Shown here in pieces: positions 51,717-62,466 of a stretch of 64,000 bases of DNA. Location of the stretch: assembly GCA_976226885.1 (NCBI GenBank), contig OZ320313.1, forward strand, positions 31,186,001 to 31,250,000, in the 5' to 3' direction. The DNA is from Iphione sp. A-MEVVRFRX5. Its lineage: Eukaryota. Position 1 is the first letter of the stretch. Every line of letters starts with the position of its first letter. The translations under genes and the position numbers were made by a program. A model generated the notes under the pieces. The model searched no databases. It was not told where the DNA came from and worked only from the letters and a program-made list of their open reading frames with translations.

Positions 51717-54700
51717 GTACACCACCGACAATAACGCCGACCTGGGTGAGGAGACGAGCACCCTGACAGGTGACACGAGCACTCTAAACGGCGGCGAGAC
51801 GGCCACCGAGGACACGAGCACCGTCAACGGCGACGCCGACTCCGTCATCGATGTGCGCGCCAATTTCACCAAGATGACAACCGACGAGTGGTTGAACAGC
51901 CTCGGGCGGGACAAGCGTGGCAGTGGCGGGTCGACAGGTCGACGGCGGTCGTCGAGCAGCCGCCATGACGCTGACGGAGCGTCTGGCCTGACGCAACAGA
52001 ACCTGCGCGCGCACGACCACGCGCACAAGCCGTTCGTACGGAGCCTCTCGCGCCTGCCCGATGAGGAGTCGTCCGTGTATTCGGTCGACGGTGAGGGTTT
52101 CTACACGTCCATGCACCGCGATAGTGGCCTCAAGCGCAGCCAGTCGGAGATGATCAAAGAGGAGACGCCCTGGCAGCTCTCAGCCGACTCCCTCATGTCC
52201 AGCAGTAACAGCACCCTGGCAGGAAGCTCAGCTACGCCCTCTGGAAAGGTCAGCCGCGCCGAGAAGGCGCGTCGACGATCGACGTCGTTCTTATCCAGTT
52301 TGCCCGGCCTGAAGAAAATGGCACGCGCAACCTCCAAGGGTAAGAAGAAGACCCCGCCGCCCCCGCCGCGCCGAGTGTCGACGGTCCTGGACAAAAGCAA
52401 CTTGCAGTTGGAAGAGGCCGATGGCTCGCGTCCAGGGTCTGGATCGCCAGCAACGCCATCTAGCGAGCTGTCGAAATCGGCGGATACGTCAACCGAGACG
52501 GTCATCAACACCAGCGCGGCGGCGGCGGAAGGGAAATCGACGAATACGACCGCAGGCAGTGCAAAGACGAACGGCCATAACGACTCGTCATGCGAGTCGG
52601 ACGCGGAGGCGATTTATACACGTCTCAAGACGAAGACGTCCATCAGTACGGCAGGCATCCCATCACTCTGTTCCGTCACCCCCGTGTGTAGCGACGAAGA
52701 AGATGCCGACATGCTGTCCTTCAGTCGTAGCTGGCGCGCCGGCGCCGGCGCCGGCCCCGGTGGAAGTGGAAGCGATACGTCGACGTGGACCGGCAGTCTC
52801 GTCAGTACGAAATCTGCACCAGGCGCGCTGGTCGACGATTCAGTGCTTACCTCAACACCGCTCCATGCATCTTCCGGGGCGCGCATGCGTCTCGAGACGT
52901 CTTTTGTCGCTGTGGACCCTGACAAGTCGGGAGTAACAGACGGTGACCTCTCTATTTCCGACACAATGACGCGATTAGCGCTCGATGAATCCAGCTTACA
53001 CGACACGTCGGCCGACAGCAGCGGTTTCTCCACTTGGCCGCGATCACCAGCGGTGCGTGGGGACCCGCGGGCTCCCCGTCCGCCTCGAACACTGAACTGT
53101 GACCCACGGAAAACATGCGCCGTGATCCCAGAAGCCAAAACCCCAGAAGAACACATCTCCGCACACGGGACGGCCTTCCGCGGCTCCAATGACGGCTCTA
53201 TCGGCGCGGGATCGGAACGTGACGGGTCCTCGTCTAAAGCTACCACGTCGTCGATTCATTCGCCATCATCCAGCAGCATACCGTCCTCCCTCAGTGATGA
53301 TGTCGCCCCGCCGGTGCCGGCCAAGTACCAACACGCGATCACTGTCAAACCCGGCGGCCGCGCCGGAAGCCGTGAGCGGACGCCATTACGTGGTGACGAT
53401 GGGAAGGTGGGAGGCGCCAAAGTGCGCATGCAGCCGTTGGCAGACGGTGTTAGTCTCAGTGGTGGGAGCGGAGGAAGTGCGTGCACCTCACCTGTGAACC
53501 GGCCCGACCACGTCTACGCCAACGTCGTCGTGCAGAGTAACGGACCCCCAAGTGCCTCCTCGTCGACCAGTTCCATCTCATGGGGCGGAGGGGCCGGGAC
53601 CAATCCACCCTTACCGACCTCACCACTGGAAGCCGCTGGTGACCTGTCGCCTGGCTATACCGCCACTTGGCCGCGCACCTCTAAAGTTGGTGGAGAACCA
53701 CCCATAGGTAAGGAGACGGACTCACTTCGCAGACTGAGCTCCTTCGCCCAGAAACAGCGCAAGGAGGCGGCAGAGGCCGCGGCGAAGGCCGAAGGTAAAG
53801 AAGATTCCCTAAGTGTGACTGCTACTCCTTCTTACACGGGGCCCGTACCCGCGCCTGCCAAGCTCATCATATCATCGCCAGTGGCCACCAAAGTGTCCTT
53901 CAAGGAGAACCCGTACAAGCGGTCAGTTTGCAGCCCAGTCACCACACAGGAGCTCATGTCCTTCTGGAACCAGAACGTCAAGGATAAGCCCTACAATTCA
54001 CCGGCCGGCAGTGTCTTGGACGGCTCCGACCTGTCGTCGCGGGAGCCGTCTCCAAGTGCCTTTAAACCTGTAACCCCTGCACCCCCCGCACCCAGCCCAG
54101 GCCCACAGACAGTCCTCTCCCGCCCCCTGTTCCCGTCTCTGTCCTCTATGAAACACTCTATCAGCTTTGCTAGTGGTAAGGAAGAAGAGAAGACTGACGT
54201 CAAAGCAAAAGCTGTGACGAAACCAGCACCGACACCAACGCCAGCTCCTAGTGCGTACGGTCGATCATGGTATGAGGGGATTCAGACCGAGCCGGCCGTA
54301 ACAAGCGGGTCGGAGGTAGTGCCCATCCCCACGCCGGCCAGCGGCGGGCTCTCCAAGACACGTGGCATGCCTTCCTCACAGATGTCGCTCACTTCCTTCA
54401 TCAGCGACTCGCCGACACCGTCCCTGATCGACCAACGTCGCGATAGTGTTTCCAGCAATGTCTCCTCTGACTCAGGTAGTCGCAAACACGTTACCTTCGC
54501 CTCGGTTAACAAAGCCAGTCCAGCTAGTAGTCAATACTCGCTCAAGATGGACGATGGGACATCTTCCATGAGTGGCTCCATCACTGGAAGTGTCGGCAGC
54601 AATGACTCGAATGACCGAAAGCCACTGTATGCATCCTTCTCCCGGCCGCCGACGTTGGCTAGCGGGCGAAGAGGCAGCGCGGGATCGACGACAGGAAACC

Positions 54701-56667
54701 TGAAGTCGACGAATGGCTCCCTGCCCGTCCAGACACCAGTGGTACCGAAGACGACTAGCTCTTCTCAGGTGAGCAGCTCGAAACCTCCCACGGCAGCAGC
54801 GACGGCGGCAGTTGGTATCGTATCATCTCCCTCCAGTATCTACCACCGACCCACAAGTTTGGCGCTAAGCAAGACCGTCGACACTCCACCCAGGTTGCAG
54901 TCGATTGGAGAAAGCCAGGCGCCGGAAGAAACTACTGTCGCTTCGGAACCCGTCGCCCTCGTCGGCGCGGGCGCACGGAAGTCGAGCCCTGTCCGTGTGA
55001 GTTACCCCAGCGGTGAACGCGGGAAACGCGGGGACACCCCCGATGGAAAGGCTAAAGTCATTATGGCAGCAAAGAAACCGGTTACAGCAGCGGCGCCGGC
55101 GCCGGGTGATGGAGACCGCACCCTGCCGACCGTGCGCGCGTGGCCAGCGCCAAACCGGACATCTAGTAGCGTGGGCGGGAAGGTGGCGGCCAAAGTTAAC
55201 CTCTCCCGACATGATGGGGGAGCGAGCGGTGGTGCCACCACCAACAGCTCAACCTCCGGCACCACCTCGACTACCACCACCACCACCACCACCAGGCCTC
55301 AGCCTCAGACGGCCAGAGTGGCGCCAACCATGAAAGTGACAGTCTCTGATTCGCAGACGTCCACCAAGTCCACACCATCAGTAACGACATCAAAATCAAC
55401 ACCACCTGTTGATTCACTCAAAACGTCTGCAAGTAAAAATAGTACTACGGACGGAAAGAAAAAGACAGTAGATCAAAGCGAGCCTGTTAAAGACGGGAAA
55501 AAGACAGTCTGTGTTGCCCCTGTGAAGTCTCAACAGAGTGACAACAAGACCGAAGTTGGAAAGGTGGCTACAGTAACCAGTGGTGCCAGCAGTCCCAAGA
55601 AAACAGCCGACGAAAGGAAAAACAGCAATGGCAAATCTTCCATTTCCGCGTCTGCGTCCGGCTCCCTACCCGCCACCAAGGATGTTACATCTGCCGCGGT
55701 GTCCCCAGTCGTCAGGCACGCACTACAAGATAAAACTTCTATCCAAAATCCCAGCAAGTCGTCGAACGCTGCCGCCGGTCCGGCTAGCGGAAGCAGCTGT
55801 CTGCCCCCGGCGCCGGTCAGCTCTGCATTAGCAAAGACGTCGCCGGCAGCGACAGTCTCGACGAGCAGCATGGTGGGGAGCACAAGCACGTTGAATGTGT
55901 CGACCAGCAGTCTTGATCTTTCGGCCGGCGGAAGTTTGGCAGGGTCAAAGTTGAGCTTGAATAAGTCTATGGATAGCCTGGCTTCCAACAGTTCAGCGTC
56001 ATCGGTTATCGAGCGCAACCGGGCCGCCCGCCTCGCCTTCCTCAGCGGGGGCGGCGCCCCGTCGCCGACTCCCACCCCGACGATAGAATCCGGTCCGGAC
56101 CCCTTCTCCAAGTACAAGCTCCCCTCAAGTGGCAGTCCGTCAACAGCAAATACCGGTATGGGAGTGGGAACGGAAACTGGAACGCCACCTGGTAGTGGTG
56201 GTAACAGCGTCGATGAGCGCTTCGCGCGGTACAAGATTGGCCAGCGAGAGCGCAAGAGCTCCAGCGGAAGTTCGACAAGCGGCGACTTAGGTTCGCCGCC
56301 GTCGCCTTCACGCACGGGGCCGTCACAGGGCCGATTTGTGAATTCAGTCATCAGTCAATATTCGCACAAGACGAACAGTGAGGGGAGTGACGGAAGCGGC
56401 GGAAGCGGAGGGCAGTCGCCGACTTCGCCCACAACGCCATCTAGCGGGCTGGGTAGCTCGATCGCTAGTCCGCTGTCGCCGGTCAAAACGCTAACGTCGC
56501 ATGCGCCTGGTATGACGACGACAACAACAACTGGCATGGACACGCACTGTGCACCAGTGGGTGATATGAAGAAAGCTAATGGTATGGTGCCGGTAAATAA
56601 CAATAATAATAACAACAAGAAGGGGAACATAACAAAGACGGTAGGCAGCAAGGAGACGTGCTGTTAG
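51717..56667 (+). CDS. gukh: NHS/GUKh giant terminal coding exon D (4,951 nt; Ser/Thr/Pro-rich; ends SKETCC*)
   Basis: Acceptor tgtcttcctgatatag (AG 51715-51716), phase 2, in frame with the 1604-aa ORF at 51853. Contains SVDGEGFYTSMHRDSGLK (52081-52134; recalled NHS FSVDTEGYYTSMHFDCGLK), PPPPPRR and IPSLCSVTP. Confidence 0.92.
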
Positions 56668-58710
56668 TGTGTCTGTGGTGTGAGTGAGGAAGGAAGAGCT
56701 CTGTCACTCGACACTATTTCATACTTGAACACGAACATGTCTGATAAATTGAGTCAAAGAGAGAGAACGCTACTGCAACTCTTCACATAGGTCTGTAAGG
56801 TTAATATGACGGCATATCAGCGTTTATCATTGGATGAGTGGCTCAAACTTTTCACGAAAATTGGTATGAAATTAGTCCAACAGGTTATGTTTATGATTGG
56901 GCTACATTGTTTCAGGGAGGCTTTATTGTGTGTATACTTCCAGGAATGATGAACGTCTCTTCTGAAGTCTTATGCACAAGCATGTTGGTGTTGTCCATTT
57001 CTATTGGTCTGGTCGCCGGTTGCTTAGCGACGCTAAAATTACATGTCGCCGTAGGCATTGTCTGTGCGCAACTACTTCTTTCAACGCACGATCGTTGAGT
57101 TGTTTCGACACCTTAACTATATTAACTCCACGGGGCTATTGCTGTATGGATGGTTTTATCTTAATTGAATTGGATTTCTTGGCGATCTCTTTCAAAATGC
57201 ATCAGCGGTTTTGAAAACATCATAAAAGTTAATCTAAGTAACGCCCCTTCTGACAAAAAAAGGTTTAATGTAAGATGTAAATGTAATTTGGGGCAGTCCG
57301 CCATTTACCTTTATGGCCTTCATTTTAATTTTTACTGAACCTTTTTTTGGCCAAAATCCACCATCCGAATAGCAGTACTTCTGTGAGTTGTGTTGTTTAT
57401 TTCGATGTTATTGTATGTCCCTAGTCGTCCTGTCTTCCGTGTAGAGGAAGAAGGTGGTTTGGAGGAGGGGGAGGGAGACCGCTGGAGCTTTGTGCCTCCA
57501 TGTTTCGCCAGCCTTGTCTTGACTGGACCGACGGCCCAGGCATTTTTCTCGTCTGAGCTTCTTTCGTCGACCTGGCTAGTCCGTAGAGAAACAATCCTGA
57601 TAAGTCGATTTCCCTTTTTAATTTCTTTTGGAATGCCACCAGCCCACACAGTGTACATATACTCCAAAATACTCATAATCAGATAATATCCTTGTAAAAT
57701 TTGCGGAAAGGCACAATAGAATTCTAAACCGTGAACTCCGTTTTCTTGAAGGTCCAACAGTTTCAGAATATTTACAGGGTCCTTATTTTTCCCTAAAGAC
57801 TGTTTACTCTATGGACATCCCCAGGTTGTATAATTCTAAGCACCGTATAGGTAGATCACATGGAGAATATCACGTCCACGTGAAAAACCATCAATCACTA
57901 CAGGTTCAAGAGCACAAGGTTACTTTATATATCACATCTCTGAAAATCGGAAAGTGCTTGCTGTTCTTCACACATCGTTTTGATATTCACAATATTTGGA
58001 AGATGTGCAGAAAAATGGCAAGTAATTCTTCTGCAAGAGACACGTCACAAATGGAGAGCACAAAACACAAAGAAGAAACTAAGAGATTCCAAACTGAGCG
58101 GTTTGCGAGTAGACAAATAGAACTGGATCGGGAATATTGAGAAGAGCCACCTCTAAATATTTTGGGGCATGAATTGTAAATCTGCCTTTGTGAAGACAGT
58201 GAAGATTTGCTGTTTTATATACGTGTGTCCTTTTCATGCTTGAGAGTACTTTAAAGTCTAATTATGCTTAGCTGTTTGTTACACAGATCTTTTAGTAGCC
58301 GCTGCCAACTTTGGCTATGTCTGTGTAGACCTGAGACAGTGAAGTCCAATCTGTTACCAGAGGGAGTTGTAAGAGAGGGACGAAGTGAACTTGTTATCTT
58401 CAAGTATGTTATCTTAACCAAGTTTTAAAATCGTCAAGCAGCTAACGTAAATGATCGTTTACAATTTTACCATAGAAATTATACTTGATTTGAAAGTTTT
58501 AAATTCTGCATATCTAGTCATTCAAAATTATGTTTTGAGTTTTGGAAAAATTTATGGAAATAACATTTTTGTGTTGAATGAGAATTCTTATGCCGAACAG
58601 CAGTGTTTACGTTTCATGCAGAACACGTTTCCTTTATGGACCAAAACTATCGATTTTATCCATTTGATTTTATACCTCACAAATCAGCTTTTGCTGCCAT
58701 GAAAAATGTC

Positions 58711-58716
58711 AATAAA
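58711..58716 (+). terminator. Candidate polyadenylation signal of the NHS-family gene (alternative at 59457-59462)
   Basis: First canonical AATAAA I could find downstream of the stop at 56667. Confidence 0.35.
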
Positions 58717-58808
58717 TGTATGTAATTTTGTCTCCATACATTTACCATTGGCAGACTCAATACTTAACGAAACATTCACACTTGTTACTCCCAAGCCGAC
58801 CATCTTAG

Positions 58809-59231
58809 GCGCCACCTGCTGGATTTTTTGTGGTACCAACTAGTGGTAAAAGACCGAAATACAAAACTTCGAACTGCCACCTGTTAGCACAAATGATTTC
58901 GATCATTGAATTCTCATTAACGTCCGTTATTTTGTACAGGCATTTTATTCCTCCCGATGATTACATTTGTTTGCTTTATTTAATTGTAAGTGGACGCGCA
59001 GCCCGCTGTCTGTAAAATTTGCTTTATATATCTGCTTACCCCGTAGTCTCGCGCCACCTGGCGCCTATCGACGAAAACAATTTTATCCCGTTTAACCCGA
59101 CATTTATTTTTCTAAAACTAAACAAAAAGGGGGTTTGTGATGAAAGTCTTAGCAGTTGTATAAGGTTTCTTCTTTCGGTATGCTAAATCCTGAGACTCTT
59201 ATACACTGAAAGATTGTCACAAAATGGCGGC
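58809..59231 (-). promoter_or_regulatory. Three co-oriented CTCF-like motifs plus a YY1 motif between the convergent genes
   Basis: On - strand: CCAGCAGGTGGCGC (58809-58822, full consensus), CTAACAGGTGGCAG (58874-58887), GCGCCAGGTGGCGC (59051-59064). On + strand: CAAAATGGCGGC (59220-59231). Confidence 0.4.
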
Positions 59232-59686
59232 TTTAAAGTACTTTGTACTGGACCACAACTGTATGTCAGAGTGTGAGAGAGCAGCTCATTGAAAAATGTT
59301 TACCTTTTGAATGATAGGCCCGATGAAGTACGAGAGTAGTCATCTTCAGTAGTTTGTAGGTGGTTTTCGCGGTCACTTCATGGGCCAAAAGGAGGATTTT
59401 TAATATGACCTCTCTATGGAGCCTAGTTGTCATTTGTTACAAAATACATAAAATGAAATAAAAGATAATATTACAAAGTCTCACCCTGTGTATGCACGTG
59501 TCATTTCTTCAGACTTCCTATTTTAAAAAACAGGTATTCCAATTAAAGTAAACAAAAATCAAAACAAGAAGATACCTATTTTATATTAGTAGGTTTTATT
59601 ATTCGTCGATCTACGTCCTACAGCTTTAAGTACCCAAGTGAGATCAGTTTTCTTTTAACACAAGTATATGTAGACAGTAGGCTGTA

Positions 59687-59692
59687 TTTATT
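59687..59692 (-). terminator. Candidate polyadenylation signal of REV3L (alternative at 59595-59600)
   Basis: First AATAAA on the - strand I could find downstream of the REV3L stop at 60550. Confidence 0.4.
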
Positions 59693-60549
59693 TACATAGC
59701 ATAGATAACTCCAAAAAATATGTCGGAGTATAGAAAAGAACCTACCAGTACACAGAGATGTAAATATTTACATGCCTTATCATCAACATTTAGCATTTAC
59801 CGAAATGAAGCATTTTGCAATTGCACATTCACCCAAATGAGAGTCGTGTAAACGAAACCAGTATTGTAATTCTTTACTGTAATACAGAGAACTTGACATG
59901 CAGCATCCTCAACCAAATTGCAAAAAAACGCATTTTCGACCATTTGTTCTTGAAAAAAAACCAAACAACCGGGTCAACTCAGATTATATCACGTGTAGAA
60001 ACAAGCAGTATTGCATATATACAATGGAAAGGTGGTTCCTTATTTATAGCAAAAATAGGCGTTGATGCAAAGAGATGGCAACATAGACATTGATAGTAAT
60101 ATTATTCTCCCTCTCGGTATATCAATATAGCATTAACAAGTACATAGCATAACGTGCGGTTATCTTAACCTGATTCATATGGTGATGAGTAACTCGTGAG
60201 TCTAATCTTCAGGTGTAACCACGTCATGTCAGAGCACGAACTGTTTTTCCAAATTGGTCAAAATTCGCGGAGGGTGGCATATTTAGGTCAAACTGCGAGC
60301 ATCTGACAACTCCTAGCTTCATCCCATAAGCTGAACTCAAACCCGTGAACCTTGGTAAAAGTACATTTATAAGTTAATGTGGCTGTAGTACATGTACCAA
60401 AATAGAACCCAGAAATCCCACGTGTGTTATGTTGAACGTAACCAAGTGAGTCAACGTTGATTCCAACGTTAAAGCACGGAAGCAACAACACCGTGCTTAC
60501 AGAAAGATAAAGTCATTATCTGTATGTGGCCCCAGGCGTTCTATGGGTT

Positions 60550-60699
60550 TCATTCCTTGAGCATTTTCTTCTGGATTTCTCTGAGGTGGGGCACCTGGGT
60601 CAGGTCCCGGGTGGCCCGTAGTAACCTAAAAAGGACGGGACAGTCGAGGGAGGAGCAAGGCATATTGGCATCCTGGACGCGCATACACCCGGTGCACAC
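60550..60699 (-). CDS. REV3L: REV3L terminal exon: CysB [4Fe-4S] motif (VCTGCMRVQDANMPCSSLDCPVLFRLLRATRDLTQVPHLREIQKKMLKE*)
   Basis: tttgtctatattcag|GTG acceptor. C-x2-C-x9-C-x4-C spacing plus CPVLF, as in recalled human REV3L. TGA at 60550-60552. Confidence 0.95.
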   Translation of the reverse strand: MCTGCMRVQDANMPCSSLDCPVLFRLLRATRDLTQVPHLREIQKKMLKE

Positions 60700-61185
60700 C
60701 TGAATATAGACAAAAGTAGGTGTATATGATAGTGGCCAAGTGCTGGCATCACAAAGCAAGCATACGTGAGCAACAAGGCAGAGAAGAATTCATGTATGGG
60801 ATGAAGACGACTGGACCAAGATGATTCGGGAGGCCTACGCCTTCTTGTGACAGTTGCGATTCCATTCATACACAGTCCTGCACTTAACATACTCAATTAT
60901 CACACCGATGAGTTTACTGGGTAACAGCTATATTGAAACCTAATAGCTATAAATCGATCTTCTAAAGTGCCCGAGAGCCCTTGAATGGTGGATAACCATT
61001 AAGAACAGTAGAGAGAAAAGCTAGAAATACTTGCTATACGCAGAAATTACACCAGAGAAAATATGGTAATAGTTTGTATTAGATCTAAGTTTCTTTTTGG
61101 CCTACCTCAAGGCGAAGGTCCTTGGTCTACAATACCCAAACCCACAAACATAACGTCCTCCCTCCCTCTCTATATTTTGCTGTCT

Positions 61186-61328
61186 NNNNNNNNNNNNNNN
61201 NNNNNNNNNNNNNNNNNNNNNNNNNNNNNNNNNNNNNNNNNNNNNNNNNNNNNNNNNNNNNNNNNNNNNNNNNNNNNNNNNNNNNNNNNNNNNNNNNNNN
61301 NNNNNNNNNNNNNNNNNNNNNNNNNNNN
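61186..61328. other. N-run, 143 nt, in the last REV3L intron
   Basis: Direct reading. Confidence 0.99.
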
Positions 61329-61530
61329 CGACACGCTCATCTGTGCCGGCCTCCCCAACCTACGTGCCTAATCAGCATTACCACCATCCCTATCAGAATG
61401 GAAAGTCGCTCTCTACTATGTACTTTTATTCTCCTGTCTGTCTCTATCTACCTGCCTATCTCCCCTGTTCCCCCTATTCGTCTCTATCTTGCTGCCTTTC
61501 CTCCTCCTTTTCATTTCCTCACTCCCTCAC

Positions 61531-61692
61531 CTGGGTCAGCCTGGAATGTGTCCTCTCCCACCGCGAGGCTCGGTCGGCAAGCATCACCGCCATCCGCTGA
61601 GGGTCCCCCTGGCAGGCAGGACAGGCCCCCTGCACCATAAGCTCCTCACACACAGGACAGTTGAGCGTAGTGAAGTACTGAGATATCGTGCC
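61531..61692 (-). CDS. REV3L: REV3L penultimate exon: CysA metal-binding motif (GTISQYFTTLNCPVCEELMVQGACPACQGDPQRMAVMLADRASRWERTHSRLTQ)
   Basis: Missed by the ORF track. tttgtttttatgacag|GGC acceptor and cag|gtgagg donor, phase 0-0, 54 codons. Matches recalled human KGTISQYFTTLHCPVC..C..C. Confidence 0.96.
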
Positions 61693-62171
61693 CTGTCATA
61701 AAAACAAAGGTGGGCGGTAAGCAAACGGAATACACATATTTTTTGGAATGAAATGGAAAGGCTTTCCACCATCTGTCAGTTAGATATATAACTTTTCATC
61801 GCTGTTCATGTTCTTACAAGTTATTTATATGTACATGTACATACAATATAAACTTGTAATGGTTACTCGATTTCTAGTGAAACAGATAACTAAACCGCAT
61901 TTACATGAAGAGTAGTTGCAGGCATTACACCATCAGTACAAGTAGTGAGCTAAAGTCCACGATATAGCTGTATGACGGTTACATATAGCAGAAGACAGGC
62001 TAGTCGTTACATGTGCATCTGTCCCCAGGTGGCAGCTGGTGTCGGGAGGCCAGACAAAACACAGTAACCCGCCGTCCAGCCTGTCTGCACTTCACAGCGT
62101 CCTTCTAAGAATGGACGAGGTACGTATAGCAAATCTGTACGTCGTCACATTATTAGCATGTTCCCACTTGC
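61693..62171 (-). other. REV3L: Non-canonical GC-AG intron of REV3L
   Basis: AAG|GCAAGT donor is the typical GC-donor context. It is the only nearby donor that gives the in-frame DQKK|GTISQYF junction. Confidence 0.85.
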
Positions 62172-62466
62172 CTTCTTCTGGTCGCTGGTGTAGTGGGACG
62201 GAGGTACGATCCTCTGAATGCGGGGAAGATCGGTATACCACTGCTTCACGTCCACACCGAGCAGAGCGAAGGCTCGGTCTAGTGGAGGCAGCAAGGCCTT
62301 GGTGATGTAGTAGGTAGCATTGAGGCGAAGGGATGGATCAGCCAGTAGAGCCTGAGGTTCCCTAACGAGCTGGATGAGTGGAAGCCCCGGCATGCCATAA
62401 ACAATCACGTACGGCACACGCTCACCAACACGAGGTTCGGAACATCTATCATGAACAAGTCGCCGT
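62172..62466 (-). CDS. REV3L: REV3L exon: end of the family-B polymerase domain (RRLVHDRCSEPRVGERVPYVIVYGMPGLPLIQLVREP...LRLNATYYITKALLPPL...DQKK)
   Basis: Close match to recalled human REV3L DRRSEPQVGERVPYVIIYGTPGVPLIQLV..LRLNATYYITKQILPPL. Acceptor ctttccacag (62467-62476 on -). Donor aag|GCAAGT. Length 295 nt = 1 + 98 codons. Confidence 0.96.

Larger units (their letters stand above)
36324..56667 (+). other. gukh: Gene model, 5'-incomplete: NHS-family / GUK-holder-like WAVE-homology-domain protein; four confident exons plus one candidate microexon
   Basis: Splice phases chain 1/0/1/2 through GT-AG junctions into one open frame of 6,581 nt ending at TAG 56665-56667. NHS hallmark motifs occur in the expected order: WHD C-half; LPTPEEK..VPIDVTG..RRKQRRRQTLSGLP; RSRSLPR; DDRQSSSG|NWS; SVDGEGFYTSMHRDSGLK; PPPPPRR. 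This is likely the single invertebrate counterpart of NHS/NHSL1-3 (Drosophila gukh), so the symbol is indicative only. Confidence 0.9.

Noticed and set aside
51853-51855. GTG start of the 1604-aa ORF (and TTG start of ORF 40750)
   Set aside because: The frames stay open upstream to splice acceptors at 51716 and 40569, so these are internal exons, not start codons.
52101-56651. Long antisense and alternate-frame ORFs over exon D (e.g. 52614-53246, 55530-56351) and exon B (40696-41779)
   Set aside because: These are expected shadows of GC-rich Ser/Thr/Pro coding sequence, with no recognisable domains.
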